Source: Myxococcales bacterium (GTDB lineage Bacteria; Desulfobacterota; Binatia; HRBIN30). Taken from it: a DNA stretch of 64,000 bases. The stretch is taken from positions 14,163-78,162 of the forward strand of contig JBBILD010000018.1 of NCBI GenBank assembly GCA_037445065.1, given 5' to 3'. Below are positions 39,991 to 51,978 of this stretch, piece by piece; positions within the stretch are counted from its first letter, which is position 1, and each line of letters opens with the position of its first letter. The translations under genes were made by a program, and so were the position numbers. The notes beneath the pieces were generated by a model. The model searched no databases. It was given only the letters and a program-made list of their open reading frames with translations, and was not told the DNA's origin.

Positions 39991-40007
39991 AGCAACGTGG
40001 GTGCCAA
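39991..40007 (-). promoter_or_regulatory. Sigma54 (-24/-12) promoter of the porin-PII-amtB operon
   Basis: Minus strand reads TTGGCAC-CCACG-TTGCT, matching TGGCAC-N5-TTGC, about 40 nt upstream of the porin start. Confidence 0.8.
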
Positions 40008-40323
40008 CACTCGCCGCAGTCGTGCCTATGGCACCGTGAACCTCGCCGCATTGGACGGTGCGTACGTTGTAAGGGACGGCGTGCTTATAACGTGAGCAGC
40101 TGCCCACGCCAGCAGCATGGCCTCGGTCTGGACAGCCAACCGATCTGTCAGAGGTCGGCGCCGGGAAAATCGGCGGGCCTAGCTACTGCACCTTCCGGTC
40201 AGGAACGAAAGCAAACGACTGGCCTGTGTGACCTCACGCGCAAAACGCGCAGTGTCGTTTTTTTGAGGAGCTCACAGCAAACGGCCCCTGCCGAAGGAGG
40301 AACGGAACGTCCTACTTACAGCC

Positions 40324-40782
40324 TCAGGAATTCCGCTTCGGCACCAGCACGCGGCGGCGGAGCGTGAGGACGACTTCTCCGCGCTGGTTGCGCGCGCGCG
40401 TCTCGACGTAAATGACTCCCCGATCTGGCTTCGAGCGAGACTCGGTTTTGTCGAGGATTTCGGACTCGGCGTAAATCGTATCGCCGTGGTAAGTGGGTGC
40501 GAGATGTTTAATGGACTCGTATTCGAGGTTCGCGATCGCCGTCTGGCTGATGTCGCGCACGCTCATCCCTACGGTCAGGGCGAACACCAAAGTACCGTTG
40601 ACCAAGCAGCGTCCGTGCTGCGACTGGCTGGCGAAGTGTTCGTCAAAATGCAGCGGGTTGGTGTTCATCGTGAGCAAGGTAAACCACGTATCGTCGAAGT
40701 CGCGGATGGTACGGCCTGGCCAGTGTTGGATGACCTCTCCGACAGTGAAATCTTCGAAGAAGCGTCCTTGTGGTTGCATCAT
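40324..40782 (-). CDS. MaoC-family dehydratase
   Basis: GRFFEDFTVG, GRTI, LTMNTNPLHFD, GDTIYAESE; GGAGGAG RBS. Confidence 0.9.
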   Translation of the reverse strand: MMQPQGRFFEDFTVGEVIQHWPGRTIRDFDDTWFTLLTMNTNPLHFDEHFASQSQHGRCLVNGTLVFALTVGMSVRDISQTAIANLEYESIKHLAPTYHGDTIYAESEILDKTESRSKPDRGVIYVETRARNQRGEVVLTLRRRVLVPKRNS

Positions 40783-40831
40783 CGAACACTCCTCCTGACG
40801 AGCGGGGGACAACAACAAGGTTCGGCCAAGG

Positions 40832-41827
40832 TCAAGAGCCAGCCCCCCCGCCGCTCTGCTCCTGCGGGGCGCGGTTGATGGCATCAATGAGTTGCCGCAG
40901 CCGACCGTAATGCATGCGGTCGAAGTGCAGCACTAGGCGCGGCAACGAGGCGATCTCCGGTTCATCGCGCTCGACCGGAAGCAAAGACCTTTGTACCAGC
41001 CGCCCGTGGACGATGATGTCCCGGAACTGGTGATCGAGTTGCTCGACGTACCCATCCGGCAGGCGCCGCTGGATCCGAATCACCAACATCTCACGCACAT
41101 AACGAATCGAGTGAAACACTTCGTAAAAGCGCAGGATTTCGTCCACGGCTTCGTCGAGGTCGTCCGTAACTCGGAACAAGGCGAAGTCGGTGCGATCGAT
41201 CATGCCGCGCCGCAACATGTGTTCCTCGACGTAGCGCTGCCAAGTGGACCAATACGTCCCGTACTTGCGATCGAGGAAGACGAGCGGGACCGGACGTGTT
41301 TTTCCGGTCTGCAAAAGCGTCAAGGTCTCGAACGCCTCGTCATGCGTTCCGAAACCACCTGGGAACAGAACGACCGCGTCCGCCTCCTTTAGGAAGAAGA
41401 GCTTCCGGGTAAAGAAGTAGCGGAAGGACATGAGCTTGGGGTCACCGCGGATAATCGAGTTGGCGCGCTGTTCGTGTGGTAAGCGGATGTTTACGCCGAA
41501 ACTGCGGTCACGCCCAGCTCCGCGCTGGCACGCCTCCATGATCCCCCCACCCGCCCCAGTGATCACCATGAAGCCTCGATCCGCGATCCGGCGCGCAAAC
41601 TCCTCCGCCAACTGAAACACCGGATCCCCCTCTTGCACTCGTGCCGAGCCGAAGGTGCTCACCTTGCGAACGTGGCGAAACGGCGCGAACAGTTTGAAGC
41701 CTTCCTGCATCTCCCTGAGCGCGCCGGCAGCGATTTTGAGATCGGGAATGCTGGCGCCGTCTTGCTCGAGCTTCTGTACGGTGTCACGCAACTGCTGGAG
41801 CAGCGCCTCAGCGGTGATCTTACCCAT
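40832..41827 (-). CDS. LOG-family nucleotide phosphoribohydrolase (TIGR00730-like)
   Basis: FGSAR, ITGAGGGIMEA, YFFTRKLFF, PGGFGTHDE. Confidence 0.9.
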   Translation of the reverse strand: MGKITAEALLQQLRDTVQKLEQDGASIPDLKIAAGALREMQEGFKLFAPFRHVRKVSTFGSARVQEGDPVFQLAEEFARRIADRGFMVITGAGGGIMEACQRGAGRDRSFGVNIRLPHEQRANSIIRGDPKLMSFRYFFTRKLFFLKEADAVVLFPGGFGTHDEAFETLTLLQTGKTRPVPLVFLDRKYGTYWSTWQRYVEEHMLRRGMIDRTDFALFRVTDDLDEAVDEILRFYEVFHSIRYVREMLVIRIQRRLPDGYVEQLDHQFRDIIVHGRLVQRSLLPVERDEPEIASLPRLVLHFDRMHYGRLRQLIDAINRAPQEQSGGGAGS

Positions 41828-41849
41828 CGCTTCTCTTCCTTGGCCGGAT

Positions 41850-42953
41850 TCAGAACGTAAATCGGCGCATGCTGACGTTCAGTAGCAGGCCGATCGAGAA
41901 CAGACAGACAACGAGCGAAGAGCCTCCGTAACTGAAAAACGGCAACGTGACGCCGACCACCGGCAGAAGCCCGCAGGCCATGCCGATATTGATCAACACC
42001 TGCGAGAAGATCATGGTCGAGAGGCCAAAGGTCAACAGAACCCCAAAACTGTCTTTGGCGCGGGAGATCACGACGACACAACGCAGCAGCAGGAACAGGT
42101 ATAACGCGAGCAAGACGCTGGCCCCCGCAAATCCCCACTCCTCGGCGAACACGGCAAAGATGAAGTCCGTGTGTTGCTCGGGCAGGAAATTCAACCGATT
42201 TTGGGTGCCGTTCAAGTAGCCTTTTCCTGCCCACATGCCGGACCCAATCGCGATTTTCGACTGGATGATGTGATAGCCGTAACGCAGCGGGTCGAGATCA
42301 GGATTCAGGAACATCTCGATTCGACGCTGCTGGTACGGCTTCAAATGGGTCCACAAGTACGGCGCCACCAGCGCAAGCACGGCGGCACCTGCAAAGACCC
42401 AGCGCAAAGACAAGCCGGCGGCGATCAAAACCGACCCGCCCACTGCGGCAACGATCAGCGCCGTTCCCAGGTCCGGCTGCTCGAGAATGAGCGCACAGGG
42501 AAGCCCGATCAGGACAAAGCACACCACCGCAACTGTCCAGGCCAAGGTCTGTTCTCCCGAATTTCGTGCCAGCACGGAAGACAGGACGATGACCGTACTG
42601 AGCTTGGCGAGTTCCGACGGCTGGAGAGACACGAACCCGAGGTCGAGCCACCGCCTTGCGCCGCCCCCGAAGGCTCCCACGAGGGCGACGGCGATGAGCA
42701 GCGAGAGCGAGGCACCGTACAGCACGAACGCATAGCGGTCGAGCGCGTGATAATCGAAACTCGTACCCAGTATCATGAAACCCAGGCCGATCAGCATCCA
42801 CGCGCTTTGCCTCCAGAAAAAAGGGCTCAGCAAACGATCCTGGGCGTGGCTGGCGCTCAGCACCGTCACCAGTCCTAACGCCAGCAAGAGGAGGGTCACT
42901 GTCAGTAAAGGCCAGTCAAAGTGAGCGATCAACCGCCGATCGATTTTCAGCAT
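41850..42953 (-). CDS. rodA: Rod shape-determining protein RodA
   Basis: GARRW, QPSELAK, QPDLGT, GYHIIQSKIAIGSG, LPEQHTDFIF, SYGGSS. Confidence 0.96.
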   Translation of the reverse strand: MLKIDRRLIAHFDWPLLTVTLLLLALGLVTVLSASHAQDRLLSPFFWRQSAWMLIGLGFMILGTSFDYHALDRYAFVLYGASLSLLIAVALVGAFGGGARRWLDLGFVSLQPSELAKLSTVIVLSSVLARNSGEQTLAWTVAVVCFVLIGLPCALILEQPDLGTALIVAAVGGSVLIAAGLSLRWVFAGAAVLALVAPYLWTHLKPYQQRRIEMFLNPDLDPLRYGYHIIQSKIAIGSGMWAGKGYLNGTQNRLNFLPEQHTDFIFAVFAEEWGFAGASVLLALYLFLLLRCVVVISRAKDSFGVLLTFGLSTMIFSQVLINIGMACGLLPVVGVTLPFFSYGGSSLVVCLFSIGLLLNVSMRRFTF

Positions 42954-44775
42954 GCAACTGTTTCTCCCGCTTGTCCCTGAGCGCGAAGTACTCGCTGAGA
43001 ACGGCTCGGACTAGCGGCGCCGCCACAGCTCCGCCCCCCCCTTCGGCGTGTTCCACTACTGCGGCCACTGCAATCTCAGGATCGCTCGCTGGGGCATATG
43101 CGACAAACCAAGCGTGGTCCCGGTGATGGCGGGGCAGCCGGGATGCAGAGGGGCGCTCCTTGCCCAAGCGAACGACCTGCGAGGTGCCCGTCTTACCAGC
43201 GACCTCCACGCCGGGGAGCCGCGCGTTCTTCCCCGTGCCCCTCTCCACGACATCGCGCAGCGCGTCCCGTACCTGTTTGAGTACGGAGGGGCGCACCGTC
43301 AGTTGGGTCAGCTGCTGCGGCTCCTCCCGATGAACCACCACACCGTCCGGGCTTTCCACCTCCTTCACCAAGTGCGGACGAAAGCGCGCTCCGGTGGCCA
43401 ACATGGCCACCGCGTTGGCCATTTGTAAAGGGGTCGCCGTGACGTAGCCCTGGCCAATGGCGACGGAAAGCGTTTCTCCCGCGAACCAGGGCTTTCCGAA
43501 ACGTTTCAGCTTCCATTGACTGTCCGGGATTACTCCGCTGCGCTCGTGTTCTAGTTCGATTCCCGTCGGCTGGCCGAGCCCGAACCAACGCGCGTACTCC
43601 GCAATCGTATCTACGCCTAAACGCTGCGCGACCTGGTAAAAGAACGTGTCACACGAATGTACGAGAGCTTCGTGCACGTTGACGCTGCCGTGCCCGCCCT
43701 TTCGCCAGCAACGAAAGAAGCGGTTGCCAAAGTTCATGCCGCCGGGGCAGTGCACGTACGTGAATGGGTTGATCACCCCTTCCGCCAGGGCCGCAACTGC
43801 CACCACAAACTTGAACGTCGAACCGGGCGGGTACTGCCCTTGAATCGCTCGATTCATCAACGGGTTCGTTCGGTCTTCCAAGAGCGCACGCCATTCCTCT
43901 TTGCGTACGCCCCGCGCAAAAACGTTCGGGTCGAAGCTCGGGTGGTTGACCATGGCCAGGACCTCGCCATTCCGCGGGTCGAGGGCAACCACGCTGCCCT
44001 CGCGCTCACCGAGAGCGCGGTCGGCCGCCAGTTGCAGGTCGCGATCAATGGTCAGGCGGAGGGTGTGTCCAGGGACTTCTTCCACCTCGCGCAACACTCG
44101 CAAGCGGCGGCCGAGCGAATCCACTTCCACCTGCTGCCCGCCGTTGATCCCGCGCAAATACTTTTCCCAGCGGCGCTCCAAGCCGGTTTTCCCGACCATG
44201 TCCCCCATTCGGTACACGGGATCACTTTGTAGCTCGCGGGCGCTCACCTCACCAACGTACCCGGAGACATGTGCGAAGACCTGGCCGAACGGGTAGCTGC
44301 GCCGCGGAGTGATTTGCAGAGAGACCCCAGGCAAATCGAACTGATGGGTCTCGATTGCTGAGATCTCATCAAACCTCAGATCGCGCTTGACGACGACCTC
44401 ACGGAATGCGGGACGCTGGCCGTTCTTGACGAGGCTCTTGAGTTCATGCGACGGCACCTGAAGCAACGTGGCCAGCGTCTCGATCGTAGAGTCCAGGTCT
44501 CCAGCATCCTCCGGTACGAGCACGGCATCGAACGACGGGCGGCTGTCAACCAGCACCCGGCCGTAGCGGTCCACGATCGTTCCTCGTGTCGCCTGGACTC
44601 GGTGCAGTCGGATCCGGTTGTTCTCCGACAACACCCGAAGCTCCTCGCCGTGCAGGATCTGCAAGTACCAGAGCCGGGCCAAAAGCCCAACGAACCCGAG
44701 GAGCGCGAGATACGCGGCGGCCCGAATGCGGCGCCGGAGCCGAGATGGTGCTTCGCGCTGGTCCAATGTCCACAC
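42916..44775 (-). CDS. mrdA: Penicillin-binding protein 2
   Basis: RGTIVDRYG, GKTGLE, PGSTFK (SxxK), SCDTFFY, GKTGTSQ. Confidence 0.95.
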   Translation of the reverse strand: MWTLDQREAPSRLRRRIRAAAYLALLGFVGLLARLWYLQILHGEELRVLSENNRIRLHRVQATRGTIVDRYGRVLVDSRPSFDAVLVPEDAGDLDSTIETLATLLQVPSHELKSLVKNGQRPAFREVVVKRDLRFDEISAIETHQFDLPGVSLQITPRRSYPFGQVFAHVSGYVGEVSARELQSDPVYRMGDMVGKTGLERRWEKYLRGINGGQQVEVDSLGRRLRVLREVEEVPGHTLRLTIDRDLQLAADRALGEREGSVVALDPRNGEVLAMVNHPSFDPNVFARGVRKEEWRALLEDRTNPLMNRAIQGQYPPGSTFKFVVAVAALAEGVINPFTYVHCPGGMNFGNRFFRCWRKGGHGSVNVHEALVHSCDTFFYQVAQRLGVDTIAEYARWFGLGQPTGIELEHERSGVIPDSQWKLKRFGKPWFAGETLSVAIGQGYVTATPLQMANAVAMLATGARFRPHLVKEVESPDGVVVHREEPQQLTQLTVRPSVLKQVRDALRDVVERGTGKNARLPGVEVAGKTGTSQVVRLGKERPSASRLPRHHRDHAWFVAYAPASDPEIAVAAVVEHAEGGGGAVAAPLVRAVLSEYFALRDKREKQLHAENRSAVDRSL

Positions 44776-44778
44776 GCA

Positions 44779-45276
44779 CTAGTCTCCGCTGCTACCCAAT
44801 ACCTCTTGAAAGAGGCGCAGAACGCGAAAGACCAAGGGGCCGGCCAGGGCTGTCAAGACAACAGACAGAAACAGCCGGTCGCTTACACGCCACCACTCTT
44901 CGCTCCCTTGAAACCAGGCCAGAGCAAGCAACACAACGGCGTTTTTGACCACGCCTCCCAGGAACACTGCAGCCACCTGGCTTAATGCATTGTCCACCCA
45001 CAAGTGTCGAGAAGTGCGGTATATCACCCAATACACGGCCAGCATGGCCGCGGCATTCAAGCCCGCCAGAGTCCCCGAGACAGCATCCTCCAGATATCCA
45101 AGAGCGAAGGCTGCGCCGATTGCCGGCAGCGAGTGGTGGCGCAGCCCCAGGTACACGCACAGCACCAGGAGCAAATCCACGGTCGTGCGACGTGGCAACA
45201 CCCAGGGCAGCAAGGCTGTCTGCAGAAACAGCGCGACGACCGCAAGCGCGGCGAAAAACCACAACTGCCGCACCAC
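44779..45276 (-). CDS. mreD: Rod shape-determining protein MreD
   Basis: Hydrophobic 165 aa with DLLLV and GYLED..SG; lies between mreC and mrdA. Confidence 0.85.
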   Translation of the reverse strand: MVRQLWFFAALAVVALFLQTALLPWVLPRRTTVDLLLVLCVYLGLRHHSLPAIGAAFALGYLEDAVSGTLAGLNAAAMLAVYWVIYRTSRHLWVDNALSQVAAVFLGGVVKNAVVLLALAWFQGSEEWWRVSDRLFLSVVLTALAGPLVFRVLRLFQEVLGSSGD

Positions 45277-45278
45277 TC

Positions 45279-46163
45279 TTACCTCGGCCGCTGCTCATCT
45301 CCACGCCTTGCCTCTGAACCTGTCGAACTCGGGCTGCCTCTCAACTGCGCGCCCGGAGCCAAAACCAGCACCTCTTCCAGATCGTTTATGGGCGCCGCTG
45401 GTCTGATCTCAGCAACTTGAAGCAGCCCGCGCGTTCCCTTGGTCACGTGAACGATTTCCCCCACCAACAAGCCTTTAGGGAAAATGCCGTCGAGCCCCGA
45501 GGTTACGACTCGGTCGCCGACCGCGACATCTTCCTCGCGCATGATGTATTTCATCAAGCACCGACCATCCACGGTCCCCTCGACCACGCCCCGTGCTCTC
45601 GTGCGCTGCACCAAGGCATCCACCCCGCTATTGTGATCGGTGATCAAGAGCACCCGGGACGCGTGCGGCGCCACGGCGAGAATTCGGCCCACGACCCCCT
45701 GCGCCGCAACCACCGGCATGCCGCGTTCGATACCGTCACTGCTTCCCTTGCTAATCACCATGGTGCCAAATGAGGGGAATGGGTCGCGGCCAATGACCAG
45801 CGCGGCTTGTGCCTCTCCTACCAAGTTCACGCGAAACTTGAGCAGCTCAGAAAGACGCCGGTCGGTCTCTGCCATCTCCGCGAACAGTACGGCCTGACGC
45901 TCCAACTCCGCCAGACGCCGCCGCAACTGCTCGTTTTCCTCTCGCACCCGGCGTAAATCCACGTATGCATCCCACGCCCGGGTCAAGCCGCCCCAGCCTA
46001 CCGCCGCGGCAAACTGCAGTGGGCGTAGAACCTCTAGAATCAAGCGCGACAGAGGCGCTGCGCGCTCCGTCGAACGAGAAGAAGAGGACATGAGCAGCAA
46101 GGAAAGCAAGAAAAGAACCGTGGTGAGCAGCCCGACCCGGTTACGCTGCAAGAATTCCCACAT
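45279..46163 (-). CDS. mreC: Rod shape-determining protein MreC
   Basis: TM plus coiled coil (ENEQLR), KG..DGI..GMPV, VTSGLDGIFPKG. Confidence 0.93.
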   Translation of the reverse strand: MWEFLQRNRVGLLTTVLFLLSLLLMSSSSRSTERAAPLSRLILEVLRPLQFAAAVGWGGLTRAWDAYVDLRRVREENEQLRRRLAELERQAVLFAEMAETDRRLSELLKFRVNLVGEAQAALVIGRDPFPSFGTMVISKGSSDGIERGMPVVAAQGVVGRILAVAPHASRVLLITDHNSGVDALVQRTRARGVVEGTVDGRCLMKYIMREEDVAVGDRVVTSGLDGIFPKGLLVGEIVHVTKGTRGLLQVAEIRPAAPINDLEEVLVLAPGAQLRGSPSSTGSEARRGDEQRPR

Positions 46164-46258
46164 GCTTGCCTATCCTCGCCACTCCATTCGACTCGCGTCC
46201 ACCTCCTCCTTGCACTCTGCGCAGGGTCAGCAGCGCCAGAGCGCACCCCGGCACAGGA

Positions 46259-48302
<2,044 letters not shown>

Positions 48303-49560
48303 ACGTTTGGCGGGGGAGACTCCCGACAAGGCTCCGGGAGCTGGTCTCGTTTGCTCTCTGCTCGAGCCCAGCCGTGACTCGCGGCCCTCCGCCGCAGCCA
48401 GGGTAACGTCCGTGGGCACACCGCTTTGTTCGAGCACAACCTGCTTGACCTTTTCTTGGTCCACCCACGCCGCAACGCCGAATTTTTCGATCACACGCCG
48501 CGCCTCTCGATGCAAGGCGACGGTGTGGTCGTAGATGTCTTTGTGCACTTCGAGGTAAACGCGGCCATCGCGCACTCCCACTTTGACGGGTTGGTAAACG
48601 AACTCCCCAGGCGTTCCGACCGCTACCAGGGGGAACAGGTGCTCGATGTCTTCCGGGTACAAACGGACACAACCATGGCTCACCTGCATTCCTACCCCCC
48701 AAGGAATGTTCGTGCCATGAATCCCATAAAGGGGTAGGCTCAGCCGCAAGCGGTACTTACCAAGAGGATTATCTGGATGGCCCCCAGGAATGAAGTCGGG
48801 GGCAGGGCGGTTGTCCCTACGGTGCTCCTCTTTAATCGACTCTGGCAACACCCAACGAGGGTTTACAGTTTTCTCCACCACAGTGAACTTTCCCGTAGGG
48901 GTTTTCCAATCGTCTCGTCCAAGACCCACCGGGTACGTCGTGACAACGACTCCACCCGCACCGGCGGGTCGAAAGTGATACACGCGCATTTCCGGAATGT
49001 TGACGACCAAGCCGCGATACTCTGCATCTGGCAGCACCCACATCGTCGGCAACAGAATCGGCTGCCCCACAGGCGGGAGCCAAGGATCGATATTCGGATT
49101 GGCGTCCTCGAGTTCGTTCGCACCTAGGTCGTAGTAGCGGGCGATGTCTAAAAAGGTGTCCTTCGGCTGCACCTGGTAATATCGCAGCGAGCCAATGACG
49201 GTACTGGCTCGCCGCGGGTCGTTCCCAGGCGCAGCAATGTACGGCCGCCCCAAGGGCTTGCGCTGAAAGACCTCCTCGGTCCAGCGCGAGGTCTGTCCCC
49301 AAGCACTCGCCGCCCCAATCAGGCCCAACACCAACGCAACCCAGGCGCCAAGCCAGGTCGCCATGCGAAGCAAAATCCTTTGCTGCATCCACAGAATACA
49401 AGCAATCTGACCTACGAGCGCAAGGCAGCATCGTTCTCCGCGCGCAGTAGCAGGCCGTAACCGGGGCACCCTACTGGCGTTCTTGTGAAAAACCAGCCAT
49501 TTTACTTTTGGATTCTTACCCACAGATCGCTACCGAGCGGCACAGCTCTCTCACACAGCC

Positions 49561-51195
49561 ATGGATACATTGACGCCCGCTTTCGACGCTGCACTGCCAC
49601 CGTTCATTCGCGCCATGCTGCAGCCTTCCTTCTTTGCACACCGCCCGGCCGAGGTCCGGCTGTTACAAACCCACATTTCCTACGTGCTGGTCGCCCGCCC
49701 CCTCGTCTACAAGGTAAAAAAGCCTGTGCGCTTCCGATTCCTGGATTTCTCCACTCTCGCCTTGCGCAGGCGCTTCTGCTTCGAAGAAGTGCGCCTCAAC
49801 CAACGACTTGCCCCCCACGTCTACCGGCGGGTGGTTGGGATTGCGAGGCGTGGTCGAGACACGTTCGAGTTGTGCGAAGCGGATCGTGCGGACGTTGTCG
49901 AATACGCCGTCGAAATGAGCTTTTTACCCGAAGAGAGGCGCCTCGACGTGCTGCTTTCAAATGGGCAGGTCACGCCGATCCAAATCACCCGTGTCGCCCA
50001 GGTGCTCGCTGACTTTCATCAACGTGCCGCTACGAGTCCCTCCATTGGAGCAGCGGGCACGCCGGAAGCCCTGAAAGAACTGTGGCACGACAACTTTCTC
50101 GAGGCGGCACCGTTCCGCGGCCGTACGCTTTCAGCCCATGACGACGAGCATATGCAGCGGTTCGTGGCAGCGGTCCTTGCAAAACACCGCTCAGACCTGG
50201 AGGCGAGGGTCTCGGGAGGGCGTATTCGTGATGGCCACGGCGACTTGCATGCGGACCACGTGTATCTGGATGACCAGGTTACGATCATTGATTGCATCGA
50301 ATTCAATGAACGACTGCGCTGGTGCGACGTGGCGGCAGATCTGGCCTTTTTAGCGATGGACCTAGAATTCCGCGGGTATCCCGAACTCTGCCGTGCGCTG
50401 ATCCGCGGGTACTTGCTGACCGCTCCGGATCCGACGCTGGAACGCCTTCTCCCTTTTTACCAGTGTTACCGGGCATACGTTCGGGGCAAGGTGGAAAGCC
50501 TCAAGAGCGTGGAGCCCGAAGTCGGCGAGCCCGAGCGGGATCGGGCAGCCGAAACAGCGCGCGCTTACTTCGAGCTGGCCTACCGGTACACGTGGGCCTA
50601 CACGCGCGCGTTGCTCGTCTTGGTGGGCTTCAGTGGGACCGGAAAGTCCACCATCGCACACCGCCTCCACAAGCGCACCGGGTTTGCTTGGCTCCGCTCG
50701 GACGTGCTGCGCAAGCAACTCGCTGGCATCGCTCCCGACCAAAACGCTTCCTCGATCCCAGGTGTGTATTCCCCCGAGTTTTCGCAGCGAACGTACGCTG
50801 CGCTGCTCCAAGAAGCACGGTCCGCTCTGCACGCCGGACGCGGCGTGATCTTGGACGCCACCTTTCTCGCCCGGAAATACCGAGACGCAACCAGAGCTCT
50901 CGCCCACAACCTGCAGGTTCCTCTCCTCTTCTTGCTGTGCGAGTGCCCGCCGGAGGTTGTTCGACAACGGCTGGAAGAGCGCCAGGCAAGGCGGAAAGAC
51001 GCCTCGGACGCGGACTGGCGCATCTACCTATCACAGCGCGAACATGGAGAGCTCTTTTCCCCCGACGAACCAGGCTGGGTCCTGCGGCTAGATACGTCTC
51101 GCACCCCACTCGAACTGGTCATGCGAGTAGAAGACGAGCTTCGCGCTCGAATCCCCTTTCCAGGCAACGTGTGGGAAAAACCAGCAGCTGTCTGA
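49561..51195 (+). CDS. Bifunctional aminoglycoside-phosphotransferase-like / AAA_33 protein (Rv2004c-like)
   Basis: QTHISYV, YKVKKPV..FLDFSTL, HGDLH, DCIEFN, GFSGTGKST, SDA. Confidence 0.9.
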   Translation: MDTLTPAFDAALPPFIRAMLQPSFFAHRPAEVRLLQTHISYVLVARPLVYKVKKPVRFRFLDFSTLALRRRFCFEEVRLNQRLAPHVYRRVVGIARRGRDTFELCEADRADVVEYAVEMSFLPEERRLDVLLSNGQVTPIQITRVAQVLADFHQRAATSPSIGAAGTPEALKELWHDNFLEAAPFRGRTLSAHDDEHMQRFVAAVLAKHRSDLEARVSGGRIRDGHGDLHADHVYLDDQVTIIDCIEFNERLRWCDVAADLAFLAMDLEFRGYPELCRALIRGYLLTAPDPTLERLLPFYQCYRAYVRGKVESLKSVEPEVGEPERDRAAETARAYFELAYRYTWAYTRALLVLVGFSGTGKSTIAHRLHKRTGFAWLRSDVLRKQLAGIAPDQNASSIPGVYSPEFSQRTYAALLQEARSALHAGRGVILDATFLARKYRDATRALAHNLQVPLLFLLCECPPEVVRQRLEERQARRKDASDADWRIYLSQREHGELFSPDEPGWVLRLDTSRTPLELVMRVEDELRARIPFPGNVWEKPAAV

Positions 51196-51413
51196 GCAAG
51201 GCCCCCTTGCTCCTTCTACGATCTGCGCTCGTAGCCCCCTCTGCCTGCAACGTGGCCAACCGAGTCCTGGCGCGCCCGCTCATTCGGCTCACCGTTGGCG
51301 GTGGTGTGGCGTGCGCTCCCTTCCAGCCCCCTAAACCTTCCGCAACCAACCCTCTAGGGCACACGCCCCTACTCGTGGTAAGCTGAGTGCATTCGCACGA
51401 TTGGAGGTGCGCC

Positions 51414-51884
51414 ATGGCGGTGATGCAGCGACTCAAGGAACTGTTGGATCAAGCAGGAGTGGCTTATCAAGTGGCAACTCACCCACCGGCGTACACGGCC
51501 CAAGAGGTGGCGCAGGCGCAACACGTACCCGGTCGGGAGCTGGTGAAAGTCGTCGTGATTCGTACCAGCGCTGGTTTCGCTTTGCTGGCATTACCCGCTA
51601 CGCACCGAGTGGCTCTTAACCGGACGCACGCTTTCCTCAGCGACCCGCAAGCACGCCTGGCGACAGAGCAAGAATTCCGCGATCTCTTCCCACAGTGCGA
51701 AATCGGGGCTATGCCGCCGTTTGGAAATCTCTTCGGCCTACCATTGTACGTTGACGAGAGCCTCGCCCGCGACGAGAACATCGTCTTCAACGCCGGCTCG
51801 CACACGGAAACGGTACGGATGCGCTACCAGGACTTTCTCCGTGTTGCCCAGCCAGTGATTTGTTCGTTCGCCGAGCGAGCCTAG
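51414..51884 (+). CDS. YbaK/EbsC/ProX-family aminoacyl-tRNA deacylase
   Basis: HPPAYTAQ, VKVVV, CEIGAMPPFG, FNAGSH; GGAGG RBS. Confidence 0.9.
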   Translation: MAVMQRLKELLDQAGVAYQVATHPPAYTAQEVAQAQHVPGRELVKVVVIRTSAGFALLALPATHRVALNRTHAFLSDPQARLATEQEFRDLFPQCEIGAMPPFGNLFGLPLYVDESLARDENIVFNAGSHTETVRMRYQDFLRVAQPVICSFAERA

Positions 51885-51929
51885 ACGCGACGCACAGTCC
51901 CGCGGCCAACGACACCGGCCACCTGTCCG

Positions 51930-51957
51930 TTGCCAACTACAAAAACGTGGTTAGCTT
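51930..51957 (+). promoter_or_regulatory. Possible sigma70-type promoter for clpB
   Basis: TTGCCA, 16-nt spacer, TAGCTT just upstream of the clpB RBS. Confidence 0.35.
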
Positions 51958-51978
51958 GCCGACCCGATTGGAGAGCCT

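Noticed and set aside
46164..46215. Strong SD-like AAGGAGGAGG and a tiny ORF between mreB and mreC
   Set aside because: Spacing to either possible start codon is wrong, and the ORF is at most 10 codons.
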